64,000 nt of DNA from a virus. Lineage: Duplodnaviria > Caudoviricetes. Under the pieces are notes generated by a model. That model searched no databases. It saw only the letters and a list, made by a program, of their open reading frames with translations, and was not told where the DNA came from. Positions 24,938 through 34,031 of this stretch are shown piece after piece. Position 1 is the stretch's first letter, and each line of letters opens with the position of its first letter. Made by a program: the position numbers and the translations under genes. The stretch is taken from IMG/VR virus record IMGVR_UViG_3300036762_000188; one strand, written 5' to 3'.

Positions 24938-25579
24938 TTAACTTGGTGACAGTGCGTGGGCTGCTAGAGCGGCCCCCGCCAATCCCATACCTATACCGTT
25001 AGCTAATCTTCTCTTACCACCCTTAACACCTACATACTCCTTAAGATTCTTTAGGCGTGCATACTGACGTGCGCCGCGGTAATGCTTAGAGCCCTTTATC
25101 TTAGTAGCTGGTATGCTACGCTCCACTGTAAAGGCGTTCCTTTTAGATATAGCACCGCCAGATAGGGTCTGTACTAAAGGATCTTTTTTAGCGTTGGAAT
25201 ATTGCTTATGTGAGATTTTACCACTCACTATTTTTCTAGCGTCAGTGCCGCTAAATATATCTTTAGTATAAGTTAATGCATACGGCTTATTCTTAGTAAG
25301 GAAAACCTTACCCTGTGCGTGTATATGGTGTGAGGAACTACCACCCGCATTAAGCGCACTATCCGCCATAGATACTCCGGTACCACTGTAGTTCTTACGC
25401 AGGCCCTGCTTCTTGATGTTAGTCACCGCAGCAGCATTACTATTGCCGTGGTATACCCGGTGGTATCCCAGTACTTTAGGAGCTGCATGGTATGCTAAAG
25501 CACCTCCAGCTGCTATTTCCGCAGCACGACCCTTCTTACTGCGCTCAGCAAGTTTTTCTAAACATTTCTCATATAACAT
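24938..25579 (-). CDS. Basic protein with ADP-ribosyltransferase-like (Tpt1/KptA/PARP-type) domain
   Basis: VYHGNS....NIKKQGL, GKVFLT, IPATKI; lone minus-strand gene; Gly/Ala hydrophobic ends. Confidence 0.5.
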   Translation of the reverse strand: MLYEKCLEKLAERSKKGRAAEIAAGGALAYHAAPKVLGYHRVYHGNSNAAAVTNIKKQGLRKNYSGTGVSMADSALNAGGSSSHHIHAQGKVFLTKNKPYALTYTKDIFSGTDARKIVSGKISHKQYSNAKKDPLVQTLSGGAISKRNAFTVERSIPATKIKGSKHYRGARQYARLKNLKEYVGVKGGKRRLANGIGMGLAGAALAAHALSPS

Positions 25580-25640
25580 AGGGTGTTACCTAATAGTGTA
25601 ATTGGTGTTATAAGCACTTTAGGACCTAGAGGAGGACCTT

Positions 25641-26321
25641 ATGAAGTACTTAATTCTAATTCTTATTTTAGTTACTGGTTGTGATGGTATGACAGATCGC
25701 GAGCGTACGTGCCTAGAACTTACAGGAGACGTGGCCTGCGTTAAGACGTACACTAACTACTACGGTAGTCCCGAGCACGGTAGCTGGGTAAACGGGCAGT
25801 ATCAATTCCATAACCCTAACGGTCAGTACGCTAGTCAGACTAACTCATTCCTTTTAGGTGCGGGGCTGGGAGGCCTGGCTGCGTATGCACTTACTAGCTC
25901 TTCTAATAAGAGTGAGTGGGAGCGTACTAATCCTAAGGGGTGGTCGCCGGAGTATAGAGATAATAAGGGATCTATTAGCAAGGCAGAGATGGAGCGTCGT
26001 AAGATGCAGTCTGAGAGGGATAAGTTAAAAGCTAAGCTGGCTACACCTGCCACTCCTGCCAAACCCGCTACACCTGCCACTCCTGCCAAACCCGCTACAC
26101 CTGCCACACCTGCCACACCTGCCACACCTGCAAAACCCGCTACACCTGCAAAACCGGCTACACCTGCAAAACCCGCTACACCTGCCAAACCGGCTACACC
26201 GGCTAAGCCTAACTTCAGCAAGCCTGCCAAACCAGCCACACCGGCTAAGCCTAACTTCAGCAAGCCTGCTAAATCCTATAGCCAATCAAAACCTAATTTC
26301 AGCAAGCCAACTAAAAGGTAG
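25641..26321 (+). CDS. Lipoprotein with PAT/PAK low-complexity tail
   Basis: Lipobox LVTG-C; (PATPAK)n and KPNFSKP repeats; GAGGAGG RBS. Confidence 0.75.
   Translation: MKYLILILILVTGCDGMTDRERTCLELTGDVACVKTYTNYYGSPEHGSWVNGQYQFHNPNGQYASQTNSFLLGAGLGGLAAYALTSSSNKSEWERTNPKGWSPEYRDNKGSISKAEMERRKMQSERDKLKAKLATPATPAKPATPATPAKPATPATPATPATPAKPATPAKPATPAKPATPAKPATPAKPNFSKPAKPATPAKPNFSKPAKSYSQSKPNFSKPTKR
26040..26310 (+). repeat. Coding tandem repeat (9/18-bp units)
   Basis: CCTGCCACA / CCTGCAAAA / CCCGCTACA units encoding PAT/PAK. Confidence 0.85.
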
Positions 26322-26325
26322 TTAT

Positions 26326-27129
26326 ATGCTTACATTAAACGGCGTACCAGTAGAGTCCTTTAAATTCCCTGCAGGGGAGTCTATGCTAGCGGTTAAACCA
26401 TCGGTATCAATGGGCGACACCTCTATTGTAGAGTGGGACTACGAGAGTGACGAAGAGTTCTTTCAATTAAGTCTCTTGGTGGATATAATCCGTCGCAATG
26501 GTGGTACTGATATTGAGCTAGTAGTGCCTTATATGCCGCATGGTAGACAGGATCGGGTTATGAAACCAGGCGATCCTCTATCTATACGAGTAGCCTGCGA
26601 CTTGATCAATACTATGAATTTCAGTCGCGTAATAACTCTAGATGATCATAGTAGTGTTGTAAGTGCGCTGCTTAATAATCACTACCCGATAGACAGGCTG
26701 TATATACTAGCATCCTTCCCCTCTGTTATGGAGCTGTTAGAGGGCGGGGCGGTGATAATCAGTCCTGATGCAGGTGCTCAGAAGACTAATGACTCTATAG
26801 CTAAGGAGTTCTCTGTACCACATCTATGTGCCAGTAAGACACGGGATGTTACGACTGGTAATATCATAGGTGTAGTGGCACCTGAGGTGCAGGGTAAGGT
26901 ATGCCTTATAGTTGACGATATCTGTGATGGAGGACGTACCTTTATCGAGTTGAGTAAAGCCCTACGCGCTAATGGTGCTACAGAAGTATACCTATATGTC
27001 ACTCATGGCATATTCAGTAAGGGTGTAGATATATTCGACGGTTTAATCGACGGGGTGTTCGTGGCCAATATGATAAATCAAGTAGAGGGAGTAGAAGTAT
27101 GGAGCGACATGTCCTCTTCAGCTACGTAA
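26326..27129 (+). CDS. prs: Ribose-phosphate pyrophosphokinase-like enzyme (Adps of NARP1 by context)
   Basis: FPAGE, PYMPHGRQDR, SPDAGA, LIVDDICDGGRTF, VTHGIFS. Confidence 0.9.
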   Translation: MLTLNGVPVESFKFPAGESMLAVKPSVSMGDTSIVEWDYESDEEFFQLSLLVDIIRRNGGTDIELVVPYMPHGRQDRVMKPGDPLSIRVACDLINTMNFSRVITLDDHSSVVSALLNNHYPIDRLYILASFPSVMELLEGGAVIISPDAGAQKTNDSIAKEFSVPHLCASKTRDVTTGNIIGVVAPEVQGKVCLIVDDICDGGRTFIELSKALRANGATEVYLYVTHGIFSKGVDIFDGLIDGVFVANMINQVEGVEVWSDMSSSAT

Positions 27130-27503
27130 AATGTCCCGATGGGACTGAGTTAGTGTACAGAGGGAGTGAGGTGTGCCACTTTGATAATTCAGGAATACTT
27201 TATAGCCTGAAAGGATTAGTATGTACGCCCCCTCTTAAAGTGCACCGAATATACTTAGATTCCCCACACAGAGTATTACGGAAGTACTGTGTCTGGGGGA
27301 ATCGCGGTTTAGAAGGCAGGGATCCTCTGCAGTTCGTACCTGTAAGAGAGCTTGATACCGACCATATAGAAGCCATAATAAGGGGAGGTTATGGCGGCGG
27401 TTATATGCTAAATGTATTATCAACTGAATTAGAATACAGAAACGTTCCTAGTGAACGTATTGATGAACTTAAACGTACAAGATACTCGAGGTATAAATGT
27501 TAG
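27099..27503 (+). CDS. Hypothetical protein
   Basis: CPDGT.L, WG.RG..G..PL, LDTDHI.AI; conserved phage-protein pattern. Confidence 0.6.
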   Translation: MERHVLFSYVKCPDGTELVYRGSEVCHFDNSGILYSLKGLVCTPPLKVHRIYLDSPHRVLRKYCVWGNRGLEGRDPLQFVPVRELDTDHIEAIIRGGYGGGYMLNVLSTELEYRNVPSERIDELKRTRYSRYKC

Positions 27504-29017
27504 ATATACAAGCCACTTTATTCAAAGACGTGTACAAAGAAAGTCATGTAGCCCAGGTACAGCAGTACTTAGACCGTGCGTATACCACCTTTACCAACCG
27601 TAGCGGTAAGCACTCTACCTGTAACGTAGGTAAGGTCATGTCGTTCGGTATGCAGATGACCGTACTGGACTTCTTAATTGATGAGTTTGATAACTTCTTT
27701 GCCATGGATAAAGAGGAGGCGCTTAATACCCACTTCGAAGTAATCGAGAGTATGGTAGAAGGTGATCACTCAGCGTCTCGCAAGGCTCTAGGAGAGCTGC
27801 ACGATCTAGGGTATCTACCTATACGCATTAAGAGTATTAAAGAGGGTAAGATGGTTCCTTATGGAATGCCTACCTTCACGATCAAGACTACCCGCCAGGG
27901 TTTTGCATGGGTAGGACAGTCGCTAGAGACTGTAATATCTATGGAGATGTGGCCTCTTCAGACTAGTGCTACCACTGCACTTATCTACTACCGTAACTTC
28001 TATCGTGCCGCCGTGACTACCGGGTTAGATCCTGAGTACGCTAAGTTCCAGGCCCATGATTTCTCTATGCGTGGTCTATTCGGGCGTCACGCCTCTGTTA
28101 AATCTATAGCGCATTTAGCTGCCGGTAACTGCGGTACCGACGTAATACCGGCAGTAGTGGCTGCACGTGAGTTCTACGGAGCTAACCTGCAGACTGAAGT
28201 AGTAGGCAAGTCTATCAATGCTACAGAACACTTCGTGATGTGCATGGGTGCCGGTACTGATGATAGTATCGAATACTACCGTAAGCTCATCACTGAGGAC
28301 TACCCTAGCGGACCTATATCTATAGTATGTGACAGTAAGGACTTCTGGAAGGTAGTCACTGAGTATTTCTTAGAACTGCGCGACGTAGTACTATCCCGCG
28401 ACGGCGTAGTGGTTATACGTCCGGACTCTGGTAACCCTGTTCGTATCCTATGTGGCTATCGGGAAGATGAGATCATCCGCGGAGAGACAGTTACTACACT
28501 GGACGGCGAGCCTCTTATGGAATGTGAGGTTAAGGGGTTAGTGCGCTGCCTGGATGAGATCTACGGCCATGATACTACTGACACAGGTTTCAAGATGTTA
28601 TGCCATAAGGTAGGTACCATCTATGGCGACTCTATCTCTATCGAGGTTCAGGAAGATATTCTAGCCCGTCTTATAGCCATGGGTTACGCTACTACTACTG
28701 TACTCGGTATAGGCAGTTATACCTATCAGTACGTCACTCGTGATACACACGGATCTGCTATGAAAGGTACGGCTGTGCAGTACAAAGGCGATCTAGACTG
28801 GTCTGCTATCTTCAAGGCACCTAAGACGGATATGTCTAAAGCCTCTCAACGGGGACTTATTCGCATAGACCTAGTCGATGATGAATACGTCATGAGAGAG
28901 GGTGTGACTGAAGAAGAAGAGGAAGGTGGAGAGCTAGAGGTGGTGTTCGAGGATGGTATCGCATACAATCTTACTACACTAAATGAAATCAGAGCGAGAG
29001 CGTTTGAATATGTATAA
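27497..29017 (+). CDS. nadV: Nicotinamide phosphoribosyltransferase-like enzyme (Namat of NARP1 by context)
   Basis: DVYKESH, HDFSMRG, GTD, ATEH, IRPDSG, IYGDSI, LGIGSYTYQYVTRDT, K.PKTD..K.S..G. Confidence 0.9.
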   Translation: MLDIQATLFKDVYKESHVAQVQQYLDRAYTTFTNRSGKHSTCNVGKVMSFGMQMTVLDFLIDEFDNFFAMDKEEALNTHFEVIESMVEGDHSASRKALGELHDLGYLPIRIKSIKEGKMVPYGMPTFTIKTTRQGFAWVGQSLETVISMEMWPLQTSATTALIYYRNFYRAAVTTGLDPEYAKFQAHDFSMRGLFGRHASVKSIAHLAAGNCGTDVIPAVVAAREFYGANLQTEVVGKSINATEHFVMCMGAGTDDSIEYYRKLITEDYPSGPISIVCDSKDFWKVVTEYFLELRDVVLSRDGVVVIRPDSGNPVRILCGYREDEIIRGETVTTLDGEPLMECEVKGLVRCLDEIYGHDTTDTGFKMLCHKVGTIYGDSISIEVQEDILARLIAMGYATTTVLGIGSYTYQYVTRDTHGSAMKGTAVQYKGDLDWSAIFKAPKTDMSKASQRGLIRIDLVDDEYVMREGVTEEEEEGGELEVVFEDGIAYNLTTLNEIRARAFEYV

Positions 29018-29438
29018 GCGTGTTAAAGCAGATTTAATGGGAGCACGTCGCGCAAGCGACGTATTCTCTCGTAGTAATCTAACGGTACTTCTAGCCGAGT
29101 TCCAGAAGGAATCACTGGCGGAGCTAAAGGCAGATCGTAATTATGTGGTACCTGATGATAAGTGCCTGGCTGTACTTAAGAATCAGATTAAATCCCTGCG
29201 CAAAGGTTATGAAGATTCTGCCGCAGAAGAACTTCTTAAACAGGCAGAGTTCCTCGAGCAATATCTACCTCAACAGGTATCAGAGGAGGAGCTGCGTATG
29301 GTATTGAAGGGTTGTACCAGCCCTAAGGTAGGTATGCCTCTAGTAAATAAACTGGCTAAAGATACATGCAGGGACGTAGATCGCAGTTTGGCTAGCCGTA
29401 TAATCAAGGAGAATGCTGATGGAATTCAAAAAGTATAG
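29010..29438 (+). CDS. GatB/YqeY-domain protein
   Basis: VKADLMGAR..L..LLAE..DD....VLK..L..YLPQQVSEEEL. Confidence 0.75.
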   Translation: MYKRVKADLMGARRASDVFSRSNLTVLLAEFQKESLAELKADRNYVVPDDKCLAVLKNQIKSLRKGYEDSAAEELLKQAEFLEQYLPQQVSEEELRMVLKGCTSPKVGMPLVNKLAKDTCRDVDRSLASRIIKENADGIQKV

Positions 29439-30306
29439 CTCTATAAAGACTATTAAGGATATAGGTCGTGTGGATAGCATAGCTAAGGTCAACTCAGTAG
29501 CCACTGAGAAGGTCCATGGCATGAACGCGTCGCTGTACTATGATGGTACCGTACGCTACGCTATGCGTAATGAGTTTAATGACCATGCGTTCGAGACCGT
29601 ACGTGATTACACTGAAGAGTGTAGGCGCTTAGCAGAGTTTTACGAGTGCAAAGAGTTAATCGTGTACGGAGAGGTATTCGGCGGTAGTTACGCTGGAGAG
29701 ATTACGGACGGTGCTCGTAAGATCTTGAAGGGTAATGATTATATCCCTTTCAATGACTTCATAGTATTCGACGTCATGGCCGACGGCGAGATGCAGGTGT
29801 TCAGGCCTGATATATGGCGTGCAGTAGGCTTCAAGGTAGTGCCTGTAATAAAATACGGTCCATACCATGAGTTGATGAAACTAGACCCTTCAGGTAAAAC
29901 CTCTGTGTCTAGTATGTATGGTTTGGACGATATAGGGCGAAGAGAAGGTCTAGTAGTAAAGACTGTAGCCCCTATGTATCGTCCGGACGGCCTGCGTTAT
30001 ATCAACAAGCTTATATCTCCTGCGTTCAAGCCTCGTAAAGGGCCTACGGTACGCACGAAGCCTGTAGATATACCGGAGAGGTTGATGGAGACTTACCAAG
30101 CTATACGTAGTGAGATTAACGAGATACGCTTGGAGAATGCTCTTAGTAAGCTGCCAGGTGAACATGCTATACATAAAGTAGCCGGTATTATGATGCAGGA
30201 TATTTTAGAGGACTTTGATATCACTAAAAAAGACTGGAATTCCATCAAGAAAATGCCTATAGAAGAGGCTATCGAGTTAACTAGGGAGTATATGTTAAGT
30301 GAATAA
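29413..30306 (+). CDS. rnlB: RNA ligase 2 (T4 Rnl2 family)
   Basis: FKKYSSI, TEKVHGMN, YGEVFGG, FDV, EGLVVK, RLENALSK. Confidence 0.85.
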   Translation: MLMEFKKYSSIKTIKDIGRVDSIAKVNSVATEKVHGMNASLYYDGTVRYAMRNEFNDHAFETVRDYTEECRRLAEFYECKELIVYGEVFGGSYAGEITDGARKILKGNDYIPFNDFIVFDVMADGEMQVFRPDIWRAVGFKVVPVIKYGPYHELMKLDPSGKTSVSSMYGLDDIGRREGLVVKTVAPMYRPDGLRYINKLISPAFKPRKGPTVRTKPVDIPERLMETYQAIRSEINEIRLENALSKLPGEHAIHKVAGIMMQDILEDFDITKKDWNSIKKMPIEEAIELTREYMLSE

Positions 30307-30574
30307 ATTAATCATTACTGCTATGAACCCTACAGAGCGGGTATCCTCAGTCGAGTTAAATCTCGCCGGTGATAGTAAAGCTGTAGTAAAAAAGAGACTT
30401 TCGGTATTCCGAAAGGAGATAGTACATTATCTACTGACATCCTATCAATATAGCAGACCGGATGTCGCTATAGATAAGCTAGATTATCTACTAGAAAATC
30501 TGGATAATCTAGATAAGGATGAATGGGTATCAGCTGAGATAGGGAATTTATCTTTCGTATGGCAAACATGTTAA
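30299..30574 (+). CDS. Hypothetical protein
   Basis: Coupled ORF. Confidence 0.5.
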   Translation: MNKLIITAMNPTERVSSVELNLAGDSKAVVKKRLSVFRKEIVHYLLTSYQYSRPDVAIDKLDYLLENLDNLDKDEWVSAEIGNLSFVWQTC

Positions 30575-31281
30575 CTTTAGAACTGGCAGAGTTAACTCTG
30601 CACCGTAAAGGCTTAGTAGATGACGGATGGGTGGATGCCCTTGATCTATTCATAGCCTGTGGATATAAGACTAGTAATATTAGTCAAACCAATCAACGCA
30701 TGATTGAGGCTCACAAATTAGGGCCTCATGAATATCGAACTGTCACAACGCCTAGTGTAAGGGGTCGTCCTTCTATAGCGTATCAATTCACTATTAACTC
30801 TGCGCGGCATATTTTACTATCAGCGCTCACTAAGCCTGGTAAGATAGCTAGACAGGGCGCTATAGATTTCATGAGTAGTTCTCCTGCAGAGCTACTGCAG
30901 TACGTATCTACTTTAATAGAGGACATAGAGCTTAAGGATAAGATACTAGCAACCCGTGACGAGGTTATAAAGTCGCTAGACAGTCAGATTAAAGATATGA
31001 TGTCGTATCTTACGGATGATGTGACGGTACATGAGTTCTCTAGAACTCTACACGGTGTTAATAGTATGATGGTATCGCGATATCTATCCTGTAAAGGATG
31101 GCTCCGCGGCCACCCTCAGGCATGGAGGACTACTAGTTATGCGCGGGACAGGTACGTGAGGGAATTGCTGGTAGATACTCGCAACGGCCCTCGTGTGAAG
31201 ATTTTATTAACCAAAGCTGGATCTAAGATACTCATGGAAGAGTATCGTAAGGGTTTATTACCGATGAGAAAAGGGATGTAA
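30559..31281 (+). CDS. Antirepressor-like DNA-binding protein (KilAC/ANT C-terminal domain)
   Basis: RGRPS..Y; coiled coil; TVHEFSRTL.GVN....YL..KGWL..YARDRY..LTKAG. Confidence 0.65.
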   Translation: MANMLTLELAELTLHRKGLVDDGWVDALDLFIACGYKTSNISQTNQRMIEAHKLGPHEYRTVTTPSVRGRPSIAYQFTINSARHILLSALTKPGKIARQGAIDFMSSSPAELLQYVSTLIEDIELKDKILATRDEVIKSLDSQIKDMMSYLTDDVTVHEFSRTLHGVNSMMVSRYLSCKGWLRGHPQAWRTTSYARDRYVRELLVDTRNGPRVKILLTKAGSKILMEEYRKGLLPMRKGM

Positions 31282-31938
31282 ATGAAGAACTTAAGGGATA
31301 TATTTAGTCGATCAAGTTACACTAACTACAGTTACTTCATTAGAAACGTGGTTAGACCTGTGGTCGGTAGTAAGGGACTACATGTAATCCCCTCCTCTGG
31401 GAGGGGTACAGAATACGGAGTATCGCTTAGAAATCTCGTTAAGGTATGTAATAGATTAGGGCTACCTGTACCTTCTGAGGCAGATCCTATGCGCAAGGTG
31501 GCGTCTGACTTACTAAAGCGTACGTCTAAGTCCGCGTTATTAGATCTGGTCACAGAGGCTGTTAGGCATAATCTTAAAATTTATCCTTTAGATTTTAGGA
31601 TTAACATCCATCCATTCTCCATTAATAGTCAGTATGAGGCTTTCAATGGGTCGCTGGTGAGTACTAGTGATTATAGAGAATGGCGTGACCAGATGGTTGA
31701 ACTGCTAAAGCTAGTAGAGGCTCCGGAGGGTTTAGACCTAAAGGGTAAGATGGAGGTAGACCTAGTGTTCTGTCATAGACCGTCTTTTGATACTGATAAT
31801 TTCATTAAGTCGGCCATAGACGCCCTGGCGTCACACCTTAAATTCAACGATAAGTTAATAAGAGTATACACTGTTAAAGGTGTTGAAACTAACGACGATA
31901 GTGATTCTTACATTAGGTATAGACTTCGTAATTTATAG
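31282..31938 (+). CDS. rusA: RusA-like Holliday junction resolvase domain protein
   Basis: PFSIN, YREWR, FDTDNFIKSAIDAL, FNDKLI. Confidence 0.7.
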   Translation: MKNLRDIFSRSSYTNYSYFIRNVVRPVVGSKGLHVIPSSGRGTEYGVSLRNLVKVCNRLGLPVPSEADPMRKVASDLLKRTSKSALLDLVTEAVRHNLKIYPLDFRINIHPFSINSQYEAFNGSLVSTSDYREWRDQMVELLKLVEAPEGLDLKGKMEVDLVFCHRPSFDTDNFIKSAIDALASHLKFNDKLIRVYTVKGVETNDDSDSYIRYRLRNL

Positions 31939-31946
31939 GAGGAACC

Positions 31947-32636
31947 ATGTTCGAGGTAGGTGTATATCCAGGTATAAAACATCTAGATCTACTTACCACC
32001 TTAGTGGGTAGCCGCTTACGCGGCACTCACTTCGATGGAGAGAAGGATGTAGACGGTAAGGTTCTTCACAGCGATGTAGATACGCGTATAGTATATGCTG
32101 TACCTATAGAGGATCGCGTTAGATGCAGTAGTTTTACTAGTAGGTTTAAAGAGGATACTGTAGCCTTTTTCTTAGATGACTACGCGCATAATCTACACCG
32201 CGGTAGAAGCAATGAAATGACTATGCTGTTCAGTAATAAGGCAGTGGTGCATCCAGCTATGAAACCCTTAATGGACTTTAAGCATAGGTTTATAAATGAA
32301 GTATCAGCTCTAGCTCACTTAAACCGTATTAATTCGGCTATAAACAATGTAGGTAATCCTCATATGACAGATAAGCGTCTGGCAGATGAGTTATACACAT
32401 CCGAGTCTTTCATGCTAGGCATGCAATCTCAGTGTAGCGTACAGTATTTAAAAGATGTAATTCTGGGGGCGATACCTAGGGAAGATGCTGTAGAAGTGTT
32501 GCATGGGCGATACCAATCCTTATCAGATAGAATATCTTCCGGGTATTATAATGCGGCTCCTTCTAATGCAGAGGTTGCAGAGGTACTGTCAGAAGTACAC
32601 AGAGAGGTGTATAGGATCTTCGATAATGACCTCTAA
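31947..32636 (+). CDS. Predicted nucleotidyltransferase (pol-beta superfamily)
   Basis: VGSRLRGT...SDVDTR.VY. Confidence 0.65.
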   Translation: MFEVGVYPGIKHLDLLTTLVGSRLRGTHFDGEKDVDGKVLHSDVDTRIVYAVPIEDRVRCSSFTSRFKEDTVAFFLDDYAHNLHRGRSNEMTMLFSNKAVVHPAMKPLMDFKHRFINEVSALAHLNRINSAINNVGNPHMTDKRLADELYTSESFMLGMQSQCSVQYLKDVILGAIPREDAVEVLHGRYQSLSDRISSGYYNAAPSNAEVAEVLSEVHREVYRIFDNDL

Positions 32637-32669
32637 TATGTTATAAGTAATATAACTAAAGGAGGGCTT

Positions 32670-32912
32670 ATGCAAGAGTTAATTTTACTAAATGAACATG
32701 GTGAAGTTATATCGGAAGAAGATATAATCAAAGACAGGATTGTTAGTATGAGCGAGGCTATCCTAGCACGTTCTGACACCCTAATACGATTCTTTTCAAA
32801 ACGCTACGTAGAGGCGTGGGTGCACGGGAGCTCATTAATGATGTCTTACAAAGGGCGTGAATATGTAATGGTAGTAAGTGCAGACACTGCTAAGCCCTGG
32901 AGAATACCTTGA
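32670..32912 (+). CDS. Hypothetical protein
   Basis: AGGAGG RBS; promoter motif at 32639. Confidence 0.6.
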   Translation: MQELILLNEHGEVISEEDIIKDRIVSMSEAILARSDTLIRFFSKRYVEAWVHGSSLMMSYKGREYVMVVSADTAKPWRIP

Positions 32913-32946
32913 TGCATACGCCTAGACGGTCTATACCGTCTAGGCA
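32911..32946 (+). repeat. Duplicated 5' end of the RNA ligase 1 gene (left boundary of island)
   Basis: GATGCATAC...TAGACGGTCTATACCGTCT(A)GGCA matches 36108-36166 GATGCATAC...TAGACGGTCTATACCGTCT(G)GGCA. Confidence 0.75.
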
Positions 32947-32969
32947 CTAAAACTGGAGTACATACAGTA

Positions 32970-33557
32970 ATGGAAAAACCAATGACTAGACTGTTCGAAT
33001 GCTACGTTTATCGACCTATGCATATTGAGGCCGTTGAGATTATTGAGCGGTTAATTGCTAATGGTGCGAAGGTTTTTGACTCCATTTGTGGCATGGGGGT
33101 TGGTGGCAAAGAAGGCGTCTATGACAAGTACGATTGCTGGGGCTATCACTCAGGTTCCGGCACATACACATATGATGGGTATAGCCCCCTGGCCTCTAGC
33201 GCCAAACGGCTAACCATGCCAGAATTCCGCGCTGCTTTTCCTTGTGAGAAGTACGATGTACAAAATGACAAATGGTTGCCGGCTATAGGGGAGTGGTTTG
33301 AGGTATGGGTCGATACCGTCGGGTATTGGGCTAGAGCGCAGGCCAAGGCGCACATAGACGGTGGTGTACTGTGGCGTAACGGTTCGGACAGGTCTAGTTA
33401 CCAAGTGGCATTGCCTGATGAGGTACGTCCGCTTGAATCAGAGCGCGAGAAGTTTATTGAGGCTGCTATAGAGGCGGTTGGAGGTAGGCAGGCTGTTATA
33501 TCTGCGGATTCAGTATTCGGCAAACTCTACGACGCAGACTTTAAAGCACCGAAATGA
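32970..33557 (+). CDS. Hypothetical protein
   Basis: GGAG RBS; WLPAIGE..E and PLESEREKFIE..LYDA.F motifs seen in gammaproteobacterial phage proteins. Confidence 0.6.
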   Translation: MEKPMTRLFECYVYRPMHIEAVEIIERLIANGAKVFDSICGMGVGGKEGVYDKYDCWGYHSGSGTYTYDGYSPLASSAKRLTMPEFRAAFPCEKYDVQNDKWLPAIGEWFEVWVDTVGYWARAQAKAHIDGGVLWRNGSDRSSYQVALPDEVRPLESEREKFIEAAIEAVGGRQAVISADSVFGKLYDADFKAPK

Positions 33558-33591
33558 CTGATGAATTCGCGGGGCATTTTGGAGATAAGAA

Positions 33592-33792
33592 ATGAGGATT
33601 AGCAAAAAACAACTGGAACTCATCGTGCTACTAGAGCGCAGTGGAGGCATGTTCCGCAACGAACTGAATGAAGCGCAATACCCAAAGAGCCTTATAGATG
33701 CCATGATAGATAAGGGGTTGGTTGCTGAATTTAAAGGAAAACTCACAAGCTACACTGCCGACCACAAACTAAAGGCACGTAGCGTACAGTGA
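33592..33792 (+). CDS. Small winged-helix-like protein
   Basis: ISKKQLELI..L......LIDAMIDKGLV. Confidence 0.5.
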   Translation: MRISKKQLELIVLLERSGGMFRNELNEAQYPKSLIDAMIDKGLVAEFKGKLTSYTADHKLKARSVQ

Positions 33793-33992
33793 ATAGGGAT
33801 ACTGCAATGAATTTTGAGATAAAACTAAGTAGCGAAACCGGCGAAAAAGAGTTATATTTATTCGATGAATTCCAAGCCTCGTGGGACGCTAAAGTTAGTG
33901 ATATGAAAATTATTCAGTACGCCATCGGTCGAGCTGTAGAAATTGGTAAGGAAACCAAGGCTAAAGAGGTACGGGAAGCGCTCGGGCTATAG
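33789..33992 (+). CDS. Hypothetical protein
   Basis: G...KAKEVREALGL C-terminal motif. Confidence 0.55.
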   Translation: MNRDTAMNFEIKLSSETGEKELYLFDEFQASWDAKVSDMKIIQYAIGRAVEIGKETKAKEVREALGL

Positions 33993-34031
33993 TCCCAAGC
34001 TAGCTGGTATGTACCGAAGGTCTCATGTGTA

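Noticed and set aside
25835-26285. Minus-strand ORFs with AGV/CGR repeats
   Set aside because: Antisense shadows of the PAT/PAK repeat in the + strand lipoprotein.
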